Positions 56,716 to 64,000 of a stretch of 64,000 nt of DNA are shown one piece after another (the first letter of the stretch is position 1; each line of letters starts with the position of its first letter). Both the position numbers and the translations under genes were made by a program. The DNA comes from Cycas panzhihuaensis (Eukaryota > Plantae > Cycadophyta), in NCBI GenBank assembly GCA_023213395.1, contig CM041465.1, forward strand, positions 251,169,741-251,233,740. Direction: 5' to 3'. The notes below the pieces were generated by a model. That model was not told where the DNA came from, made no database searches, and worked only from the letters and a program-made list of their open reading frames with translations.

Positions 56716-59700
56716 TGTAGTTATCATTTCTCCCTTATAATGCCATTCGGAGAGACTCCATGTTTATCTCTAAATTTATTAAATTTTATTTATTGAGTGC
56801 CTTTATGAACATATCTACCACCTGATCCTTTATGCTATAATAGAACAACTCTAACTCACCTTATTATACTAGTTCTCTAATAAAGTGATATTGTGTTTAA
56901 TATGCTTAGTCATGCTATAAAACACTAGATTCTTAATCATCTGTATAATACTTTAGTTGTTACAAAATAGTTATACAAGACTAATCTATTCTAATTATAA
57001 ACTTAAAAATTGCACTGACTACATGCATAATCTCTAGTTGAGTTGAAGTTAAGTAAATAAGGCTCCCAATCAATGGCTTATAAAGAATATGGTCAACTAA
57101 TTTAGACTTCTCAAACTCAAACAATTTAAATCCAACTTCAACTAGTATTATAAGTGGCTTGTAACTATCTATATTAAACTTGTATAAAATATCTAATGTG
57201 TATTTCTTTTATCAAATAAATATCCCCCTTTTATCCTACCATATTTTAATGTGTAAGAAATAATACATAAGTTCTAAATCTATCATTTCAAACTTCTTAT
57301 TAAGAAAACCTAGTCTAAATAACTAAAACTGGTTACTAAGATCTAATTATTTTGCAACAATAACAAGGATTCAAAGCTAGAATAAATGCAAGTATCTAAA
57401 ACTAGAGATTATTCAACATGTATAAGAAAGTATACACATTACCTAATACATAGATTTTAATGTGGTAGAACTCTAATAGAGTGCTAGGGAAACATCCACA
57501 TAGGCAAGGTATAGATCTTTTTTTAGTCAAGAATAAAAGATTGTATATGCTGTCTCCACAGAATTTTCATACTAGCAACAACCAATAATTGCCTCTTTGT
57601 AATGTGATGTAATAAAATACAATGTGATACAATTACCCTAAAAATAGGTTACAAGAAAGGCACGTCAATCATATCCATCATATTTAGGTCATTTTGATAA
57701 ACAACCTAGATTCCCTTTATAATTTGATAGGTTTTGAGCGTAATCTTTCCTCAGCCAAGTGAGGTTGCCACCCCCCTTGGATCCCACTAAGGAAATATTG
57801 GTGAGGAAACCATGCCAATAAAGATCCAAAAAATTAAAGCCTTCTCATAATTGTTGTCACATATCTAATACTCCTTATATATATTTTTCTTAAAATTTTA
57901 AGATAAGTAATGATAATTCCCAGTGTACACAAGGCCATTTGCATATAAGTCCATAATCAATATTAAACTTCCTTCTAACTTAATATATAAGTTGGGGTCA
58001 GATTGAATCCTTAGGAATCCTTTATCTTTAAAGTATTTATTAATCTTAAAGTACCATGCTCTAGGTGACTATTTGAGTCCATGCAAGACCTTTTTGAGTT
58101 TATAGGATTTATTTTACTTACCTTTTACTTTAAAGTCCTTAGGTTATTGAACATATATCTTCTCATCATTATATTCATTTAAGAAGACACTCTTCATATC
58201 CATTTGATGGACTATCCAACCATGTTGTGTAGTTAGGTTTATAATTAATTTGACTATTTCTAACCTTGGTATTGATATAAATATTTTATTATAGTCTATG
58301 CCTTCAATTTGAGCATAGCCCTTTATAACCAATTATGCTCTGTACTTATTAATTAAACCATATGACTTGTACTTAGTCTCATAAATCCATTTGGTCTGAA
58401 TGGTATTATTTCTTAGTGGTAAATCACCTAACTCCCAAATGTCATTCTTCACTAAGGCACTATATTCCTCTTTTATTATTTCCTTTAATTCATCTTGATT
58501 ATTTACCTTTTCAAAGTTTTGAGGCTTATTTATCTTCATAACTCATGTCATTAATATAAAGTTTACCCTTTGAGATCTAGTTATTCTTCTTTTAAAGTTT
58601 CTATCTAAAATATCTTAATGGGTATGACCCCTTTGCATCTATTTTAGTACTTTTTGATTTGAAGTGGATGGACCTGCTCCACTTATATGAGGTATATTTA
58701 TACCATTTATACTAAGTTTTACATCAACCATAATAGTTTTACCTTTATCATTTTCATCAGTATCTTCCTAATAGAATCCATCTTAATGATTCTTTTACCC
58801 TTAAGGTCATACAATTTATAGGATATTAATGTAACATTATATCCTATAAATATATACTTAGAGCTTTTATCATTTAACTCAATCCTTTTCTATCCTAAAA
58901 CATATGCATATGCTATGAATCTAAAATCTCTTAAGTATTTGATTCTAGGCTTGTAACTTATCAAAGCCTCTTTAAGTGTAACCTATCTAATTACTTTTGT
59001 TATATATATGTTCAATAAATAAATAATTGTATGAATAACTTCTACCCAAAACTAATTGCTAAGATGGCTATCCTTGTGCATACTCCTTACCATCTTACCA
59101 ATTATCTTATTTTTTATTTTTACTACTCTATTTTATTAAAGGGTGTAAGGATTAGTTAGTTAACTCCTTATTATATAATACTTGTAATAGTCCTTGAATT
59201 CATTTAAAATAAATTCTCCTCGATTATTTGATATAAGGATTAAGATTTTATGGCCACTTTACTTTTAATCATCACCTTGAAGTCTGTAAAGCATTGAATT
59301 ACTTCTAATTTAAACTTGAGAAAATAAATCCAAGTCATTCTTGTGGAGTCATTAATAAACGTTATGAAGTAATTAGCTCCTCCAAAGGGTAGTACATCCA
59401 TTAGTCCATACAAATCAATATATGCTAATTATAGTGGCCTATTTCCTTTATAACTATCATTTGAGAATCCTTCCCTTTAATGTTTTCTAAGTATACATCC
59501 CTCACAAACCTCTTTGCTATATTTAATGTTAAGTAGACGAATCACTATTTTTATTTTTTTCATCAATGCTAAGCTATTGTAGCTTACATGGCTAATTATT
59601 TTATGCCATATTTTGATATCCATATCAATTGATGCCTTTAAGGTATAGTATTCATTTGGGAATATGACTAACTTAAATAATCTATCACTTGTCATTTGAC

Positions 59701-61090
59701 TCTTAGAAACTATTGCTTCATTCTTTAACTTGTCCCTAATTATACACTCCCCATTATCAAAGATAACTTATACTTTTACTCCATCATTTATCCAACTGAT
59801 AGCAAGTTTTTTTTAGTGTAGGGACATGAAGTACATCAATGATGCACTTAGTCTCTCCAAAATCTATTTGGATGGATATCTTTCCTTTACTTGTTATGGC
59901 TTGAGAAGTGGTATCTCTAAATATGATTTTCCTTATTTAAGAATTATACAACTCATTAAACCATTCTTTTTCATAAATCATGTGGATAGGGCAACCAAAG
60001 TCAATGTACCAATTATCTTCTTCTTTATTAACCATTATACTTGATAAGAAAAATCTTTTATTTTCCTTTGGATCTTTAATTGTTATATTTATTGCTCTTA
60101 TTTATATGTTGGATCTTTTATGAATCAATTAATTTTTAAGTATGCAATTCTATAGTAATATCAACAATATATTGTTCCTCTTTCTCTACTTTTAGAACTT
60201 CTTCCTCTTTATCCTTGATTCCTTCCCCTTAGACTTTGTCCACTTCCTCTATAATTTTGAGGTCTAAAACTTTATCCTTTAATTAAATTGGTCTTAATTT
60301 TCATATACTTGTCCTCAGTAAAATTATCTTTATCCTTGATGAAATTGCCCTTGGATTTGATGAAATTATCATTGGCTTCTATAGTTTTGACCTATTCCTT
60401 TAGGAGATTAACCTTTTTCCTTAAACTTTGTCATTCATAAGATGGCATGATCTTTGCCTTTGTGGAAAATATATATTTGAAAGACCTACTACCACCTTTC
60501 TTTTCTTCAATAGCTAATAGCATAGTACTAAGTTGATCAACCTTAAGTGTTACAAGGTCTTTGGAGACTTCAATACTTATGGCTACCATCTTAAACCTCT
60601 CAATACCATTAACACTTATTAAACTCTTTTCTACCACCCTTTGTTCACTGATATCTTTACCTAATACTTTTATTTAATTAATTAGGACTTGTATCTTAGT
60701 TGTAAAGTCATTAATCTTCTCATTGTTATTCATTCTATAGTTTTCAAAGTTGGTCCTTAAGGTTTAAAGTTTTATTATAGTAACTCCTGTGCAGGTCATA
60801 CTCAAGGTATCCCATGACTCCTTTGATATAATTGTCTCACTTACTCTTAGGAAGATGTGGACCTCTAAAGCATAGAAGATGAATGCCAAAGCCTCATTAC
60901 CTTTTTTTTTATTCTTCTTAAAAGTCTTTCTTTTATCTATAGTAGTATTAGGATTAAGTACATCATAACCATTTATAATTAAGACCCATATATCTTTTGA
61001 TATAAAAATTAGCTTTAGTCTATGACTCTAATTTTAAAAATTAGTACCGTCAAACTTAGGTACCATTACATTATTCATCTTAGAAGGCAT
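56716..61090 (-). mobile_element. Copia G gag-pol remnant; only ~11 bp of the 3' LTR survives
   Basis: MPSKMNNVMVPKFDGTNF start at 61090, WHKIISHV..CEGCI, YIDLYG, VHQMDMKSVFLN, RNase H TKHI near 56900. PPT complement TTTCTCCCTT at 56727. Confidence 0.88.
57300..57861 (-). mobile_element. Probable solo or partial LTR interrupting the RT of Copia G
   Basis: Non-coding block between two RT segments, ending ...TGTCACA, with an LTR-like GATTTTAATGTGG...GGGAAACATCCACA motif. No TSD resolved. Confidence 0.5.
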
Positions 61091-63218
61091 AAGAAAAGAA
61101 AATATCTTAAAAGATAAACTACTTTGAAAATAAACAGTGCTCGATGAAGGAGAAAAGGTGCCCTACATAAGGGGAAAAAATGACACTCAAATATAAGTTA
61201 ATTTATCACCCTTCAACTTTGGAACATATACGAGTGTCCCAATTGGGACTCAACCTCCTTTAACATAAAGATTTTTATATTAATTTATCATTACAAAATG
61301 AAGTTTGTGCTAAGTTAATTTATAGGGTTAACTCGTAGAAAGCCCATAAATTTACATCAATTTTAAATATTAAAATAGTACATCAACTGATTTTAAATAT
61401 ACCCAAATAACTAGTTACTTTATAAAAAATTTAATCATGAATCCAATGCTTCAAATAAGTCCTAAATTTGATACTTTATGAGTAGGTTATGCCTTAAGTA
61501 GTGAAAGGAGGTTAATTTTTAATGAAAGGTCCTTAGTGCATAAAGTATAATAAAAAATTATATCAACTTTAACTCATTAAATAGACCACTAAATACAAAT
61601 CCACTATAGGAGTATAACCATTCATTTTGATTAGGTAAGAGTAAAGATTATACTAAAGCTAATGAATTTGAAAATAGGCTCCATATGTAAACATTATACC
61701 CCCTTGAGTAATTAGTGCTACTTAAGAAACATATCAAGCCTTTCAAATATATTTTAAAATGTCCCTTAAAAACAAATAAAAAATGCCTTAAAAAGCAAGT
61801 AAAAGTCTTAGTGCAAAATGGTGGTTGATGTGATTAAGGAGGGAGAGGTGCACCCAATTATCAAATTGTAAATCACTTATTATGATCACTTATAAGACTT
61901 CAATTGTGCACCTCTTCATAGGGTGATAACTTAGTTACTTTGATGGTTACCTACTTCACACAACTAGAACCACATAATTAGGCTACCCCTCACTAAGCCT
62001 AATCCTCGATGGAATCATAGAGGATTATTTCAAGTGACTAATGATAATATAAAGTCATATATGAAATGTTTAATCATAGAGGAGATCGAGGTGATGGTGC
62101 TAAATAATGCAGTCATACGAGACCTTAACGTGCTTGTCAATATCAATACCACTTGCTTAGTAAGTTACACTTTAACTAGACCACTAATCTAAAATAAAAG
62201 TTACACTTTGACTAGACTCTTTTACCAAATTACTACACCTAGTCCTCATAGATCAATCAATGGAGCTTTCTTAAGATGGATATAATGATAATAAGGCATC
62301 CATGTAGTAACTAGTATAGATATATGGGTTTTAAAATTATATTTCACCTAAGATAATATAGACTAGTTAGGGCATAAATTTGGTGCTTACTAACATAAAC
62401 ATAAACTCTCTAGGGAATAGACTTCATGCATATAATAAATGTGTTGTCTCTCTTATCATACTAGCTTAATAAGTAATACATAAATATGGCATATATGTAG
62501 TATATAATGGATATAGTCAATGTAATTAATTAGTATATAACTTAATTCATATACATAGTTAGACTAGACTTGGCACCAAAGAGAGTGAAGACAGAATATA
62601 AGCATGATGATAGACATTGCATTGACTAGAATGATAATCCACAACACTGATATAACATCGTCTAATGTCCTAATTAGAATTAGTCTAGCATGAGCCATGG
62701 ACCCTACACACAAATCACTTTTGAAACCTACAAGACATAGAATAAAAAGGAAGATTATTCACTTATTATAGGTAGACAGAATGATAATGATCACCCAGAT
62801 GGTTAAAGTGCAATTAGATAGAGAACATAAGTCCATAGACATAAATATTAAGGTAAGAATAAAAATCTATGGTCATAAATATTAATCCAACATAAAATAT
62901 GGAGGTGTCCCAAAAAATGGGATGGTAACACACACACCAATTTGAAAGGAAGGACATAAATTGTAATGGGAAGATTAACATAAATGGATTAATGTTCTTA
63001 TACTAAATGATGGAATCAAAGGATAAAAGAGATAAAATCACAAAAGGATAAACTGACCAAGTGTATGGGTAGTGTTGATCAACATTAGGTTATTTATACC
63101 CCATGGATAAATAGGTGGGACTTTGGGCATACACCTTAAAATCCACTACCACCTAACATTGATAAATACCACTCAATCTAGCATATAAAGATTTGGGTAA
63201 TAACCCCAATATAGGCAT

Positions 63219-63640
63219 TATCCTAATATCTTTTGTATTACAAACATATTATGCAACAAAAGAATAAATATATAAAACATATAAGTTTATGTAAGAGACC
63301 TCTTTGGGAAAAAAACCCACTATAAAAGTTTACCCATTGATTAGAAATACCAATGGTTATATTGTAGATCATCGAGCGATTAGAACCTAGATGATTAGAT
63401 ATAACTCAATGATTTGATAATTTTTTAACCCTACTACAAATCCTTTTTATATGATCCAAAGGATATATCTATCCAAGAGCTATGACTCATCGAATCTTGA
63501 TACTCACATATCTTTATATCTTGAATATTTATATCCCTTAGAATCTCAATATTCATGCCTCTTCATATCTCAATTCTTCTCATGACTACATAAAGCATTA
63601 ACTCCTACCATGTGTTAATCTTTAACTATGCTTGCTAACA
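63219..63640 (-). repeat. LTR of the Copia F family
   Basis: Colinear with 27821-28270 throughout and ends GCTAACA. No TSD or clear PBS. Confidence 0.8.
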
Positions 63641-64000
63641 CTTCCCTTGAACTTTTGATATTCAAGGATATTGAGTAGTTTCTCCCCTTGCCAATTTACT
63701 TAAGATGTTGAGTGGTTTCTTCCCTTGATTTTAGTTATACATTGAGATAATACCTAACTTGTTTAGATTTACACTATCATCAATGATGGTTATGTGGTAT
63801 GATATATATATTCATTATGATAAGAAAGCAATATGAATACATTATAGGATTGTTGATATATGTGTGACATAATAAGGTAGTGCATTAAGAATAAATTTGC
63901 AAGGATTCATAGGTGATTTGATATTCTTAGTCTTGTCTTTATGAAAAAGTAGGTTATGCAAGGGAATATATGCATTCAATAATGAATGTTGCTTGTCTTG

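Noticed and set aside
61100-63218. 5' LTR/PBS of Copia G or another long LTR
   Set aside because: Only a weak TTTGATAC at ~61467 and no matching partner, so boundaries cannot be supported.

Overview
AT-rich plant nuclear DNA, probably from a large-genome lineage (the organism cannot be fixed from the sequence alone). It is almost entirely nested, decayed retrotransposons and has no intact host gene. Resolved elements: three Ty1/Copia polyprotein remnants, three Ty3/Gypsy remnants, two L1-type LINE remnants, several solo or partial LTRs, and at least four non-autonomous LTR elements. Many boundaries are fixed by LTR pair, tRNA-Met PBS, PPT and a 5-bp target-site duplication (TSD). The most notable system is two related non-autonomous elements, A (3244-16026) and B (33773-42687). 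Both have a multi-kb leader followed by a Copia gag remnant lying just before the PPT and 3' LTR (TR-GAG-like). A carries an intron-free, antisense, 171-codon fragment of ER HSP90 (GRP94/endoplasmin) plus a second unidentified exon-like piece. B has a 2.2-kb compound microsatellite at the site where A has only a short TA run. Doubled PBS motifs occur at four separate LTR ends. All alignments and identity values were judged by eye.
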